Assembly (NCBI GenBank): GCA_965203055.1
Contig: OZ241863.1
Coordinates: forward strand, 1,376,001-1,440,000
Direction of reading: 5' to 3'
Length of the DNA stretch: 64,000 bases
Source: Spirochaetia bacterium
Lineage (GTDB): Bacteria > Spirochaetota > Spirochaetia > SZUA-6 > Bin103
Shown: positions 1 through 10,371 of the stretch, one piece after another
Layout: every line of letters starts with the position of its first letter
How positions within the stretch are numbered: the first letter of the stretch is position 1
Notes under the pieces: generated by a model
What the model was told of the DNA's origin: nothing
Seen by the model: the letters and a program-made list of their open reading frames with translations, nothing else
Database searches by the model: none
Program-made: the position numbers and the translations under genes

Positions 1-1055
1 ATCACCTTCAGGTTGAGCGTCTGCTTGTCCGCCACCGTCTCCACCCGCAGGCGGTCGAGGTAGGGGAGCTGATTGCCGGCCGGGTCGATGGCGAAGTGAT
101 AGGGATTGCGCACGTGGAGCACGTAGGTGGTGGTGATCTCCTCATGGTTCCAGGGCTTGAGGCTGGGGGTATTCGTGTCTTCGACCCGGAAGTCGCCCCC
201 CCCCCCCCTCTTCTGCCACACTGCGTCCACCCAACTATCGTAGCCCTCTTCCTTGGCCAGGGCGTCGGCGTTCTCGTTGTACTTGGCGTGATACTTCGAC
301 AGGTAGTGCTTGGGGTAGGCGTGAGGGTGCCAACCGCCCCAGAACTCGTACCAGCCGGGCAGCGTCGGGAACGGGTCGGAGTAGTGCAGCCGCACCGTGT
401 AGTCGTCCACCTTCTCGGCGTGCGACATCGGGCCCCAGCCGTTGCGCCGCCAGCCGGACGGGAACTCGTCGATCAGCAGCCAGTCCTCGAACGAGAACAT
501 CACGTCATCGGCGGTGTAGGGGTGGCCGTCGGACCACTTCAGGCCGCGCCGCAGGTACATGGTGACGGTCTTCTGGTCGTCCGACATCTCCCACCCCTTG
601 TGGATGTAGGGAACGATGTCGATCGGCTTGCCCGGGCCCCGGTTGGCGGTCTGGATCGTGCCCACCAGCCCGCGGATCGGGGTGAGCTCGGTGTATTCGG
701 TGCCGATCGAGGCCGCCTTGAGGGTGCCGCCGTAGGTGCCGATGCCCTCGAACACGTTGAGCACCAGGGGCTCCTCCGGCAGCCGTTCCGCCACCGGCGG
801 CAGTTCGCCCGCCTGCACCATCGCCGCCAGCATCGGCGCCTCGCTGAACGAAGTGATCGTGTTGCCGGTGTCGCGTTCGTAGTCGGCCAGCGTGTCCCAC
901 TGCCACACGTCGCCGTACTCGGCCATCATCATCTCGGCGGCCGCTCCGGTCTGCGCTCCTTCCTCGCCTTCGCCGGCCGCGAACGCCGCCGCGGCGGCGG
1001 TCCCGGCCGCGAGCGCGATGAGCGCCAGTCGTCTCAACCCTTTCATGGGTTCCAT
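1..1055 (-). CDS. ABC transporter substrate-binding protein, family 5 (DppA/OppA-like); 3' end runs off the window
   Basis: Translated by hand from ATG 1055 (RBS GAAGGAGG): MEPMKGLRRLALIALAAGTAAAAAFAAGEGEE...ELPPVAERLPEEPLV...GTYGGTL...LRRGLKWSDGHPYTADDVMF...NPYHFAIDPAGNQLPYLD. Absent from the ORF track because it has no stop in the window. Confidence 0.9.
   Translation of the reverse strand, partial: MEPMKGLRRLALIALAAGTAAAAAFAAGEGEEGAQTGAAAEMMMAEYGDVWQWDTLADYERDTGNTITSFSEAPMLAAMVQAGELPPVAERLPEEPLVLNVFEGIGTYGGTLKAASIGTEYTELTPIRGLVGTIQTANRGPGKPIDIVPYIHKGWEMSDDQKTVTMYLRRGLKWSDGHPYTADDVMFSFEDWLLIDEFPSGWRRNGWGPMSHAEKVDDYTVRLHYSDPFPTLPGWYEFWGGWHPHAYPKHYLSKYHAKYNENADALAKEEGYDSWVDAVWQKRGGGGDFRVEDTNTPSLKPWNHEEITTTYVLHVRNPYHFAIDPAGNQLPYLDRLRVETVADKQTLNLKV
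196..208 (-). repeat. G13 homopolymer inside the SBP gene (in frame, KRGGGGD)
   Basis: 13 consecutive C on the + strand; the reading frame is preserved across it. Confidence 0.9.
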
Positions 1056-1168
1056 GGGGGTTCCTCCTTCCTTGCGCAAAAGAGAGTTATCGCAGCATGG
1101 TTACCCGGCTCCGCCCCGCTGTCAACCGACCAACGCCCGCCCGCTGCTCGGGTCGGGCGGCGGCGCGT

Positions 1169-4003
1169 TTACCATGACAGCTCGGTCTGGCGCAGCCGCG
1201 CCTCCGTCACGGCGAGCCTGCTGATCTCCGGCCAGCTCTTTACCAGCCCGTTGTAGTCCAGCGCCTCGGCGGGGCGCTTCCGGCGCTCGCTCACCGTGTA
1301 CAGCCGGTAGCACAGCTCGCGGGCGAGGTCGGCGACGCCGCCGAGCCGGCGCAGCAGGCGGGCCGCGGCCATCTCCCCGCCATGCCACACGACGCGGATC
1401 AGATGGTGCACCGCCTCCCAGGTCGTGAGGCGGTCGTCTGCCGCCGGGTCCCAGTCGGCGGGCAACTCCTGCGGACGCAGCAGGCGCACGCTCCCGGCCT
1501 GCGAGTGGATGATGCCGGCCTGCACCATGCCGCTCACGCTGGTGTTCTTGGCCGTGGCCAGGGTCTCCGCGCTGCCATACTCCCCGGCCTCGAAGCCGTG
1601 CTGGTCGAACCACGCCAGCGCCCAGCGGCTATCGGTATCGAAGTCTCCCTCCTGCGCGGCCAGGATCTCGTCGAGCGTCTGATTGATGAGGGCGAGCGCC
1701 TCGCCCACGGTGACGCGGTTGCCGGCGCCGTGCAACACCTTGGCGTAGCGGGTGAAGATCGCCATGCCGGGACCGATGGCGGCCTGCGCGAGGTCGACGG
1801 GGGCGACGTTGCCGCGCTGCAGGTGTACGAGGGCCGGCGGCAGTTCCTCCTTCAGAGCGTCAATGAGCTCGCGGCGCGAGCCGGTCGGAGCATCGTCCGG
1901 CCGCCGCCGGCATACCAGGACGATGCTGGAGGCGAGCGCGTTGACCGCAGCCTTGACCCCGGTTGGTCTTTCGGTGCGCATCGGCCACGTGCCGCTGATC
2001 TCAAACCCTGATCTGATGACGGCATCCAGGAAGGTTTCCCAGCCCGTGCTGGCAAACCCGCGATCGTCCTTGTTTTCGGATTGCTTGAAAGCATAGTACA
2101 GCGTAGTGGGAATGGAGCGCGGGGTCTTCAGCGACAATCGTCCCAGTGCCCGCGCCATACCGGACATGAAGAACGATTCGGCTTGCTCCCTGCCGCCGTG
2201 CCGGTAGGGCGATGCGACAAGTTCTTCCACCTTCGGTACGGCCATGGTCGCGAACAGATCTGGAAAGACCGATCGCAGCGCTCGGCGCAGCCACACGTAG
2301 AAGAAGTCTGAAAGATCAGCGTAGGCGATGTTGTCGTAATAGGGCGGGTCGGTAGAAACGATCGACGACTCCAAACCGGCGTGACTCACGGCATTTTCTT
2401 GTGCCGCCGTACCATGACCGGAAACTTCCAGAGGAAGAAGACGTAGCGTTTCCGGTATCCAGCCGAGTGATCCTGACCAGCCTCCCGTACTGTCGGAAAG
2501 GGGATTGGTCTCGGGATAGTCCCAGGTCATTGGAATCGCCTGCCGAGCAAACACCTGTTCGACCTTTTCTCCGCCCCTGTTCCATACGCAGATCGTTGCG
2601 GATCGGTTGGCGAGACGACTGATGCCGCAGCTCAAGTACAGGCTCACTGCCTCGGCGTAGGCGGTGACGCCGGCGCCGCCGTCCTGCCGGATGCGCTCGC
2701 GCGCTTCGGCTACCAGGTCGGAAAACGTGTTCAACGCCACGAGCTGCCGGGGCGTGAACAGATCGCCGAAGGTGGTGAGACCGTAGGCATAACAGGTACC
2801 ACCAGTGAGCCGTTCAGGAACACTTCCATCTGGCTTCCACTCCGGCTGCGCACGCGATGCCGCGGTTTCATGCTCCTCGGTCGGCGCCAGATACACACGG
2901 CCGCGATCGCCCTCCGCTACGATCGCCAGCAGCCGCGCGCCCATGCGGCCGGCCATGCCTTCGGCCTTGATGTGGTCGGGCGGGATCGGCACCCCCGACA
3001 CCAGGCAGCGGAAGTTGGCGCCGCGCGCCAGCTTGGTGCCGGCCGTGGCCGCGGCCGCGTCGGGCGGCGCGCCGACCTTGACCGTGAACCGGTAGCGGTA
3101 ACCGTCCGCGCCGATCACCGGCTCGACGTACGCTTCCTTGCCCCGCCTGGTGGACAGCATGAAGGTGGAGACCAGCGGCACCTCCACCTGCGCGAACGCC
3201 GGGTTGGGGCTCTTCACCGTGCGCGCCCACAGCCACGCGATCACCGTCAGCTCCCGCCCGGCGTAGGGCTGCAGATCGGGGCGCTCCCGCACCATTTCTC
3301 CGGTCACCGCGACCTTGGGATAGAGATGGCCGATGCGCCGCTCCGCCTCCTCCCGCATCCAGCGCCCGTAGCAGCGCACGTCCTCCGCCAAGCCGCGCGC
3401 CCCGGTCCACTTGGCGCCCAACAGCTCGCCTTCCGACCGCGCTTCCGGGTGTACCGGCGGGCGTCCGGCAAACTTTGGCGGCAGCTCGATCATCGCCTTG
3501 TTGATCAGCACCGCCACCGGGTTCAGGTCGCTGGCGTGCGCCTCCAGGCCGAGCCGCTGCGCTTCCAGCGGCAGCGCGCCACCGCCGGCGAACGGATCGT
3601 GAAACGCCGGCAGGCGCTCCGGGTCGAACAACTCGGCCGCGCGCGGATGATCGGCGTGGTCGGCGCAGGAGCGCCGCCAGCACGCGCGGATCTCGTCGCG
3701 CGCCTGCTGCAGCACCTCCTCGTTGGTAGTGTTCTCCCACTTGACCAGCTCTTCGATCAGGTCGAACAGCCGCTGCCGTTCCCGGTCCTGCGCTTCCTCG
3801 GTCGGGAACAGCTCCGGGAGGCTGGAGGGATCGTCGACGAGCTGCGCGAAGATGACGGCGCGCGCGGCCGCCAGCGGGCGCCGCGCCCACCACAGATGCA
3901 GGGTGCTGGGGTGGCCGTGACGGATCGACTTCTCGCGCGCCGCGGCCGCGTTGATCGCGTCCAGCGGCAGCGCCACCTCGATCAGCTTCTTGCGGACGGT
4001 CAT
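1169..4003 (-). CDS. DUF1156-domain adenine-specific DNA methyltransferase
   Basis: N-terminal [10 protein letters not shown]...[24 protein letters not shown] motif DPFAGGG and catalytic DPPY. Start placed at ATG 4003 (MTVRKKLIE). Confidence 0.9.
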   Translation of the reverse strand: MTVRKKLIEVALPLDAINAAAAREKSIRHGHPSTLHLWWARRPLAAARAVIFAQLVDDPSSLPELFPTEEAQDRERQRLFDLIEELVKWENTTNEEVLQQARDEIRACWRRSCADHADHPRAAELFDPERLPAFHDPFAGGGALPLEAQRLGLEAHASDLNPVAVLINKAMIELPPKFAGRPPVHPEARSEGELLGAKWTGARGLAEDVRCYGRWMREEAERRIGHLYPKVAVTGEMVRERPDLQPYAGRELTVIAWLWARTVKSPNPAFAQVEVPLVSTFMLSTRRGKEAYVEPVIGADGYRYRFTVKVGAPPDAAAATAGTKLARGANFRCLVSGVPIPPDHIKAEGMAGRMGARLLAIVAEGDRGRVYLAPTEEHETAASRAQPEWKPDGSVPERLTGGTCYAYGLTTFGDLFTPRQLVALNTFSDLVAEARERIRQDGGAGVTAYAEAVSLYLSCGISRLANRSATICVWNRGGEKVEQVFARQAIPMTWDYPETNPLSDSTGGWSGSLGWIPETLRLLPLEVSGHGTAAQENAVSHAGLESSIVSTDPPYYDNIAYADLSDFFYVWLRRALRSVFPDLFATMAVPKVEELVASPYRHGGREQAESFFMSGMARALGRLSLKTPRSIPTTLYYAFKQSENKDDRGFASTGWETFLDAVIRSGFEISGTWPMRTERPTGVKAAVNALASSIVLVCRRRPDDAPTGSRRELIDALKEELPPALVHLQRGNVAPVDLAQAAIGPGMAIFTRYAKVLHGAGNRVTVGEALALINQTLDEILAAQEGDFDTDSRWALAWFDQHGFEAGEYGSAETLATAKNTSVSGMVQAGIIHSQAGSVRLLRPQELPADWDPAADDRLTTWEAVHHLIRVVWHGGEMAAARLLRRLGGVADLARELCYRLYTVSERRKRPAEALDYNGLVKSWPEISRLAVTEARLRQTELSW

Positions 4004-4033
4004 GCTCTGGGTGCTCGGCATCGGGCCGGTCAA

Positions 4034-4232
4034 TCAAGACGCCGCGAGCCGCCAACGGTCGAGCCGCTCGGTCACTTCGGGTTGTGGCAGCCTGCAGCGT
4101 GGATGATCGCTGATCGCCTTGAGGGTGGAGTATAGCGTGCCGCGATCGATTACGTTGGCCTCCAGGGCGCGGAGGGGCAAACCTGCCGCAGACCGAGCCT
4201 GCTTGGGCCGGCTATCGATAAAGCCGCGCCAT
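4034..4232 (-). pseudogene. Remnant of a PIN-like (DUF5615-type) toxin gene
   Basis: ATG abuts the DUF433 stop and reads MARLYR* (4232-4212), resembling the MARLY start of DUF5615 partners of DUF433. An unrelated-looking helical fragment follows. Confidence 0.45.
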
Positions 4233-4562
4233 TCAGGCGTTCTCGTTGGCTCTGATTTGTTCCTCAATTTCCTGTTGATGGGAACGGACGTACGCCCAGG
4301 CATTGGTCAAGTCCTCCGCACGGAGCGCGGGGTAAGCCTGCAGGAGTTCCGCCTCGCCGGTGCCCAGCCGTCTCGCCTGCTCCAGAACCCAGACGGTTAT
4401 TTTGGTCCTGACGATACGCGGCTCCCCGCCGCAAACACCGGGCGTGCTTTCGATTCCCGGAACGGCATCACCCAGGTCGCGCGCGACCCATTGCAATACC
4501 TGCGCCTTTTCCGCTCGCGTCATGGTGGTTAACAGCTTCTCCATCTGTGCGAGCGCATTCAT
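4233..4562 (-). CDS. DUF433-domain protein (putative antitoxin)
   Basis: IESTPGVCGGEPRIVRTKITVW...ELLQAYPALRAEDL; strong RBS AAGGAGGAG. Confidence 0.9.
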   Translation of the reverse strand: MNALAQMEKLLTTMTRAEKAQVLQWVARDLGDAVPGIESTPGVCGGEPRIVRTKITVWVLEQARRLGTGEAELLQAYPALRAEDLTNAWAYVRSHQQEIEEQIRANENA

Positions 4563-4702
4563 GTTCTCCTCCTTTCAGCGGCAGTGCCACTTCGACATCG
4601 GCACCGGCCGCCCGTTAGCGGCGTAGCGTAACCGTCACGACGTCGCAATGTACTCAACGAACGCCCCGGTAGTAAATCCACCCGCCGCGCGCAACGGCTC
4701 CT

Positions 4703-6116
4703 AGTCGCGCCGGCAGGTGGCATCTTATGGGCCGGATAACTTGACTCAAGTAGTTTACATGATTATACTTATGTCATGTACAATCATGTTTCCGACGGGG
4801 CCGTCACCACTACCGTATCCGCCCTTTCAGACGACCGCTTGCTGGAGCGGACCAAGGAACTTTCCGGCATCGAACACCATCTCGAAGTGGTCGTGATCGA
4901 CCACCTGCGCGAGATTGATAAGCGCCGCCTGTATTTGCGGCGCGGGTTCTCGAGCCTGTTCGATTACGCGGTGCGCGAGTTGGGTTACAGCGACGCCGCG
5001 GCGTGGCGGCGCATCAAGGCGATGCGGCTCTGCGCGGACGTCGACGGCGTGCGTGAGCGCCTGCAGAATGGCACGATGACGCTGAACGCGGCCGCGCAGT
5101 TGCAGCATGCGTTCGACCGGCAGGAGCGCAAGAAGAAACGCGCGGCGCGGAGCGCGCCGGGCGGGACCGGGTGCGGGGCTGCCGCTCAGTCGCAGGAGGG
5201 CTCGGCGCCGGCGCGGTCGGCGGAGCGGAAGCCGGCGCCGGCGCCGGCTTCCGGTGCTGGACCCGGAAGCGCGGCGGGAGCTGGTGGAGCAGGCGTCCGG
5301 CAAGAGCAGCCGGGAGGTGATGCAGATGCTGGCCGAGGTGGACCCGGAGCTGGCGGCGCCGGCGGATCGGGTGCGGCCCCTGGGCGGCGGGCGCTGGGAA
5401 CTCAAGGCGGTGATCGACGATGAGTGCCGGCGGGGCTTGGAGCGGCTCAAGGGCCTCCTGTCCCACGTCGATCCGCACCTGACGTTGGGGCAGCTCATGG
5501 GGCGGCTGATGCGGGAAGGGCTCGACCGCCACGATCCGGCCCGGGCGCCGCGCGGGCGGCGCGCCGCTTCGGCCAAGGGCGCCGAGCAAACTTCGGCGCC
5601 GAAGACGCAGGCGGCCGCGGCTCGCGGCGCTGCCCCGGCAGCGAAGCAGGTGGCCGGCGCGGACAGCGCCGCTCCTTCGGCGGCGAAGGTATCGGCTCAG
5701 GCGGCGGCGTAGCCGGGAGAGGAAGCCGCTGACCGCCTGGACACTTCGGCAGCGAAGCCGGCGACCGACGCCACTTCGGCGCCGAAGACGCGGCGCATCG
5801 GCCGGCCGGCTGCGGCGCAACGGACCCGGACTTCGGCAGCGAAGCCGGGCGTGAGCGGCCGCGCCATCTCGGCGGCGGTCAAGCGCGAGGTGTGGCGGCG
5901 CGACCGGGGCCGCTGCCGCTACGTGGACGGCGCCAGCGGGCGCCGCTGCGGCTCCCAACACTTGCTGCAGATCGATCACGTCGTGCCGTATGCCTGTGGC
6001 GGCGCCGCCGAGCCGAACAATCTCCGGCTGCTGTGCGCCGCCCATCACCGCTACCGCCACGGCGGCGCCGGATTCGGGCGCCCCGGCGAGGATCGTCAGG
6101 CGTCCGTAGACCGGTG
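4703..6116 (+). mobile_element. HNH-endonuclease cassette, copy 1 (inverted relative to 20556-22023)
   Basis: Nucleotide similarity to copy 2 runs from AGTC.CGCC..CAGGTGGCAT, upstream of the promoter, to ACCGGTG at the gene end; the flanks differ. Mobility is inferred. Confidence 0.6.
4741..4769 (+). promoter_or_regulatory. Sigma70 promoter for a leaderless HNH transcript
   Basis: TTGACT-N17-TATACT, ATG 6 nt downstream, no Shine-Dalgarno; conserved in copy 2. Confidence 0.8.
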
Positions 6117-6168
6117 CGCCCACCTGACAAGTGTAGTTGACAGGCGGGGTTGCCGGCCGCAGGGTTGA
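4776..6168 (+). pseudogene. HNH endonuclease with DUF222-like N-terminal domain, inactivated copy
   Basis: Compared with copy 2: frameshift at ~5250 (GCTTCCGGTG) and CAG>TAG at 5710-5712. The HNH motif RDRGRC..C..LQIDHVVP..GG..NNLRLLCAAHH is still present downstream. Confidence 0.85.
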
Positions 6169-6180
6169 GAGGTCGTGTAT

Positions 6181-6654
6181 ATGAGCGTGCTCAAAGCGGC
6201 GATGGCAAAGAAGGGGTATCGCCGGTCAGACGTGGCCCGGGCCGCGGGGGTGAGCCGGCAAGCGGTGGCGCTCTGGTTCGCCGGGGAAGGCGACTTCCGC
6301 AACGTGCACGTGGCCAGTCTGCTGAAGCTGAGCGCCGGACTCGGGATCGCACCGGAGGAACTGTTGCGCCCGCTGCCGGGGTTGCAAGATGCAGCCGCCG
6401 AACGACGGCTGCATGCCGAGTTCTGCTGGGATCGGTCCTACCCGGACATCTATCGGTTCCTGGTCGCGTTGGCGGCCGCGCAGCCGCGCGCGGTGGCGCG
6501 CCTCATCGAGAGCCGCGGGATCTACGAAGCGGCGGCCGTAGTCGGCGCGCAGGTGTGGCGCATGTACCCCGGACTCCGCCAGCTCCTGCCTGCGGCGCGG
6601 CGCGCGGTGGTCGATACGGTATGGCAGATTCATCACGATTCGACCCGGCGTTAG
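6181..6654 (+). CDS. XRE/HTH protein, probable antitoxin/regulator of an AbiE-type TA pair
   Basis: HTH RRSDVARAAGVSRQAVALWF; overlaps the downstream nucleotidyltransferase. Imperfect inverted repeat CCTGACAA-N6-TTGACAGG upstream (6123-6144). Confidence 0.7.
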   Translation: MSVLKAAMAKKGYRRSDVARAAGVSRQAVALWFAGEGDFRNVHVASLLKLSAGLGIAPEELLRPLPGLQDAAAERRLHAEFCWDRSYPDIYRFLVALAAAQPRAVARLIESRGIYEAAAVVGAQVWRMYPGLRQLLPAARRAVVDTVWQIHHDSTRR

Positions 6655-7370
6655 CGAGCCGCGTGCTGCCGTTCCCGCTACTGCAGGCCCTGCGCCACGT
6701 CTTCGCGCAAGGGCTGAATGACTGCGTCCTGGTCGGCGGCACGGCCCTGGCCGGCTTCTACGCCGGGCATCGGCGGTCGGATGATCTCGACCTGTTTACC
6801 GGCAGTGCGACCGCATTCACGCAGGTCGTGCTGGCAGTCCGTTCACTGCGGACCATCGAAGTCGAACTGGAGGAGCGCAGCCATAGCAACCAGTACTACC
6901 GGGCGGTGTGCTATCACCGGGAGCTCGGCTTCACCGTGGACGTCGTGCTCGACGAGCGTTCCGCCGGTCTGACGGGAACCAATACCGCCGGGGAGGTGGT
7001 GGTAGCAGGGTTGCCGGCGCTGCTGGCGATGAAGGCCGCGGCACTCGTTTCGCGGTGCAGCGAAAAGGACCTGTATGACGTGCTCTGGTTGTTCGGTGCG
7101 TTTCCCGAGCGGAAGCTGACGGATTTGATCGAGCTTGGCCGTACGGTAGATGGCGGGGTGACCGGGGAGACCCTGCTCTACAGCATCGGGAGCGCCGAGC
7201 TGGACCGGGCGGCGTGCGGATTCGCGGTGGAATTCGGCGCCTCCGCCGGCGCGGTATTCTCCCGCCTGCGGACGTTCCGGCGCGAGCTCCTGAGAGCGCT
7301 CGAGCGACACCTCGATAACCGCTCGGCAAGCACTTTGAGCGACGTCATTCGGCGAATCATGACCCTGTAA
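6621..7370 (+). CDS. AbiEii/AbiGii-family nucleotidyltransferase toxin (type IV TA)
   Basis: LVGGTALAGFYAGHRRSDDLDLF and MKAAALVSRCSEKDLYDV motifs. Confidence 0.85.
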   Translation: MADSSRFDPALASRVLPFPLLQALRHVFAQGLNDCVLVGGTALAGFYAGHRRSDDLDLFTGSATAFTQVVLAVRSLRTIEVELEERSHSNQYYRAVCYHRELGFTVDVVLDERSAGLTGTNTAGEVVVAGLPALLAMKAAALVSRCSEKDLYDVLWLFGAFPERKLTDLIELGRTVDGGVTGETLLYSIGSAELDRAACGFAVEFGASAGAVFSRLRTFRRELLRALERHLDNRSASTLSDVIRRIMTL

Positions 7371-7408
7371 CGCGGTTGCCTGGCGCGGCGCGGCGTCAGA
7401 GGATGGCG

Positions 7409-8500
7409 TCAAGGGATGCGGTACGGTTCCAGGGCGTCCCAGTCGAGTTCGACGCCGTGGCCGGGGCGGTCGGGCGGGGTCACCGCGCCGGCGGCGAAGC
7501 GCGGCGGCTCGCGCACGAAGCGCTCGGTGGCGAAGCCGTGCACCTCCAGGAACGAGGCGTTGGGCACCGCCGCCAGCAGGTGCACGTGCAGTTCGTGGAC
7601 GCCGTGCGAGGTCACCGGCAGGCCGCGCGCCGCGGCCAGGTTGGCGACCTCGATCCAGGGGCTGACGCCGCCGATGTTGGACACGTCCGGCTCCGGGAAC
7701 GCCACCCCCCCGGCGTCGATCAGGTGCGCGAATTCGCGCACCGTGCGCAGGTTTTCACCGGCGGCCAACGGCACCCCGCCGGCCTCCGCCACGCGGCGGT
7801 GGCCGGCGTAGTCGTCGGGCGCGATCGGCTCCTCCAGCCAGCGCACCCCGAACCGCGCCAGTTCCCGCGCCGCGGCAATCGCCTCCTCTACGCTCCAGCG
7901 CATGTTGGCGTCCACCATCAGCGGCGCCTCGGGGCCCACCAAGTCGCGCATCGCCGCCACCCGCTCCAGGTCCTCGCTCAGGGAGTCGCGCCCCACCTTC
8001 ATCTTGACGGCGCGATGGCCGCGGTCGAGCGCGGCGCGCGTCTGCCGCAGCAGCTCCTCCAGCGGCAGCAGCAGATCGATCCCGCCCAGGTAGGCCGGCA
8101 CCGGCTCCGCCGCGGCGGCGCCGAGCAGCCGCCACAGCGGCTCCTGCCGCGCCAGCCCGCGCAGGTCCCACAGCGCAATGTCGACAGCGGAGATGGCGAA
8201 CGCGGCGAGGCCGCCGCGCCCCACGTAGTGGGTGCGCTGCCACATGCTGCGCCACAACGCCGCTATGTCATCGCCGTCGGCGCCCCGCAGCAGCGGCGCC
8301 AGGTCGTGTTCGATCAGCGCCTGTATCGCCGCGCCGCCGGCATGCACGGTGTAGGTGTAGCCGAGTCCGGTATGCCCCCCTTCGGCCGTCACCAGCGCCA
8401 GCACCAGGTCGTAATGATCGTGCCGCCCGTGGGTGGCGTCGGTGAGCGGCGCGGCGAGTGGAATCCGGTACCAGGCGGCGATGAGGTCGTTGATCTTCAC
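7409..8500 (-). CDS. Mandelate racemase/enolase-superfamily enzyme, 3,6-anhydro-galactonate cycloisomerase-like
   Basis: KMK, DAN, EEP and GEN metal motifs. The segments DATHGRHDHYDL, GYTYT, HYVGRGG, GGIDL, HGVHELH and LEVH match my recollection of the Vibrio anhydro-L-galactonate cycloisomerase; GH117 genes are adjacent. Confidence 0.8.
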   Translation of the reverse strand: MKINDLIAAWYRIPLAAPLTDATHGRHDHYDLVLALVTAEGGHTGLGYTYTVHAGGAAIQALIEHDLAPLLRGADGDDIAALWRSMWQRTHYVGRGGLAAFAISAVDIALWDLRGLARQEPLWRLLGAAAAEPVPAYLGGIDLLLPLEELLRQTRAALDRGHRAVKMKVGRDSLSEDLERVAAMRDLVGPEAPLMVDANMRWSVEEAIAAARELARFGVRWLEEPIAPDDYAGHRRVAEAGGVPLAAGENLRTVREFAHLIDAGGVAFPEPDVSNIGGVSPWIEVANLAAARGLPVTSHGVHELHVHLLAAVPNASFLEVHGFATERFVREPPRFAAGAVTPPDRPGHGVELDWDALEPYRIP

Positions 8501-8520
8501 CGGCGCTCATCCTATACGAT

Positions 8521-9147
8521 TCATACGATGTTGGCGTGCAGCGCGCGCAGCGCCGCGGCCCGGTCGCGCGCCGCCAGCGCCCGGTAGATGCGCCGGTGCT
8601 CGGCGAAGCTGTCCATCAGGTCGTCGAAGCGGTCGTAGCGCATCAACATGCGCATGATCACGCGCTGCCAGAGCGCCCGCAGGTCGGGGTCGCCGTAGCA
8701 GGTCATGATCTCTTCGTGGAAGTGGACGTCGCCGGCCACCAGGGCGGGCACGTCCTCGCTTTCGCAGGCAAGGCGGATCCGATCCAGAATCCGGCCCAGC
8801 CGCGTCTCCAGCCGGGCGAGCCGCTTCGCGTCGCCGCCGGCGAAGATGCTGGTCAGGGCAAAGCCCTCGATGCGGCGCCGGATGTCGGTGATCAGCGGGC
8901 GAATCGACTCGTTGGGGCGCGCCGCGACCGCGGCGCCGGCGTTGGGCCGGGCGGTGACCAGACCATCCTGGCCGAGCTTGAGCAGCGCGTCGCGGACCGG
9001 GCCGCGGCTGACCCGGAAGCGCGCCGACAGTTCCTGCTCGCGCAAGTGGGTGCCGGCGTCGAGCTGGCCGGTCATGATCTCCAGGCGGAGCTGCTCCACG
9101 ATCTGTTCCGGGATGGAGCGGTACACCGGCGCCCGCAGCTCGCTCAC
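8521..9147 (-). CDS. GntR-family (FCD) transcriptional regulator
   Basis: LREQELSARFRVSRGPVRDAL wHTH, plus D..FH and EH..I..AL FCD motifs. GTG start overlaps the upstream stop (GTGA). Confidence 0.9.
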   Translation of the reverse strand: MSELRAPVYRSIPEQIVEQLRLEIMTGQLDAGTHLREQELSARFRVSRGPVRDALLKLGQDGLVTARPNAGAAVAARPNESIRPLITDIRRRIEGFALTSIFAGGDAKRLARLETRLGRILDRIRLACESEDVPALVAGDVHFHEEIMTCYGDPDLRALWQRVIMRMLMRYDRFDDLMDSFAEHRRIYRALAARDRAAALRALHANIV

Positions 9148-10364
9148 CGCCGGTAGTTGACGGTGGCCGGGGCCGACCTGGCCAGGGCGGCCGCCTCGGC
9201 GCGCTGCGCGTCCCGCAGGGCGAACGCGCCCTGCATGAAGGTATGTTCGTCGCAGCGCACGTTGTTGGCCTTGAACCCGCGCCGCGGCTGGTCGCGGTGC
9301 AGGCCGCAGTCGAAGCGCACCAGGAAGGAGCGCCGGTTGGGGTAGAGCTGCTCCGGGTCGGGGATGTCGGTCACGTGCGACAGGCCCCAGCTTATGCCGC
9401 GCCCGTCGCCATTGCCGGCGAACGCATCGGGGCAGAACGGGCCGCCGGCGATGGGCGGCATCTGCACGTGCGCCTTCACCTCGAAGTTGAGCCCGTCGGG
9501 CGCGTACTGCACGGTGTCCTTTTCCGGACCGTCCATCGCCACCAGGCCGGCCACCCCGCCGCGGTAGGGCCAGTACATCGTCTCGTGGCCGGAGTTGACC
9601 ACCGGGTTCAGCTCCGACTTGACGAACGGCCCCTCCGGCCGCTCGGCGATCGCCGCGCCGCCGGCTCGAATCAGGGTCTTGCCCTCCTCGCGGTAGAGCG
9701 GAGACCCCTTGTAGTAGAGCCAATACTTGCCGCGGTAGACGATCACGAACGGATCGTGGATCGAACGACTGTCCCAGTCGCCGTCCGCGCCGAGCTCCAC
9801 CACCGGCCGGTCCAGCCGCTGCCACGGCCCCTCCGGCGAGTCGGCCCACGCCATGCTCACGTCGCAGTAGTCGCCGCGGTCGCGCCGGAACGGGCCGGTG
9901 AAGGTCTGGAAGTAGAGGTAGTAGCGGCCATTGGCGGCCAGCACGTCGCACGTGGTGGCGGCGCGGTCGCCATATTCGCCGGGCGCGGCGCGGGCGACCG
10001 CCACGCCCCGTTCCTGCCAATGGAAGCCGTCGCTGCTGGTGGCGTACCACAGATCGGCCAGGTCCCAATCCACCGCCGGCAGGTGGTCGGGGCCGTTGCC
10101 GATCCCGACCGGCTCCGATTCGGTCTCGCGGCGGGTGTACCAGACGTAGAACAGATCGCCCACCTTGATCACCGACGACGGATCGCGGCGCGATACCCGG
10201 GCGTCGCGGCCAATGCCGGTGACGCGGGAGTAGCGAAAGCTGGTGAAGAATTCGTTGCCCGGGTCCTGCAGCGGGCTCCACTGATCGTACAGCCGGTGCA
10301 TCGCCGCGGACAGCGGCCGGTCGGTCGGCTTTTGGCGCGGGGGAATCGCCGGAAACGCAGCCAT
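9144..10364 (-). CDS. Glycoside hydrolase family 117 (alpha-3,6-anhydro-L-galactosidase-like)
   Basis: SxAxxR (LSAAMHR), RRDPS, DWDLADLWYATSSDG, HDP, YYKG, NSGHE; no signal peptide. Confidence 0.88.
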   Translation of the reverse strand: MAAFPAIPPRQKPTDRPLSAAMHRLYDQWSPLQDPGNEFFTSFRYSRVTGIGRDARVSRRDPSSVIKVGDLFYVWYTRRETESEPVGIGNGPDHLPAVDWDLADLWYATSSDGFHWQERGVAVARAAPGEYGDRAATTCDVLAANGRYYLYFQTFTGPFRRDRGDYCDVSMAWADSPEGPWQRLDRPVVELGADGDWDSRSIHDPFVIVYRGKYWLYYKGSPLYREEGKTLIRAGGAAIAERPEGPFVKSELNPVVNSGHETMYWPYRGGVAGLVAMDGPEKDTVQYAPDGLNFEVKAHVQMPPIAGGPFCPDAFAGNGDGRGISWGLSHVTDIPDPEQLYPNRRSFLVRFDCGLHRDQPRRGFKANNVRCDEHTFMQGAFALRDAQRAEAAALARSAPATVNYRR

Positions 10365-10371
10365 TTCCGCC

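Noticed and set aside
5710..5712. In-frame stop in HNH copy 1 as a recoding event
   Set aside because: It is TAG where copy 2 has CAG, and an upstream frameshift already breaks the gene; simple decay.
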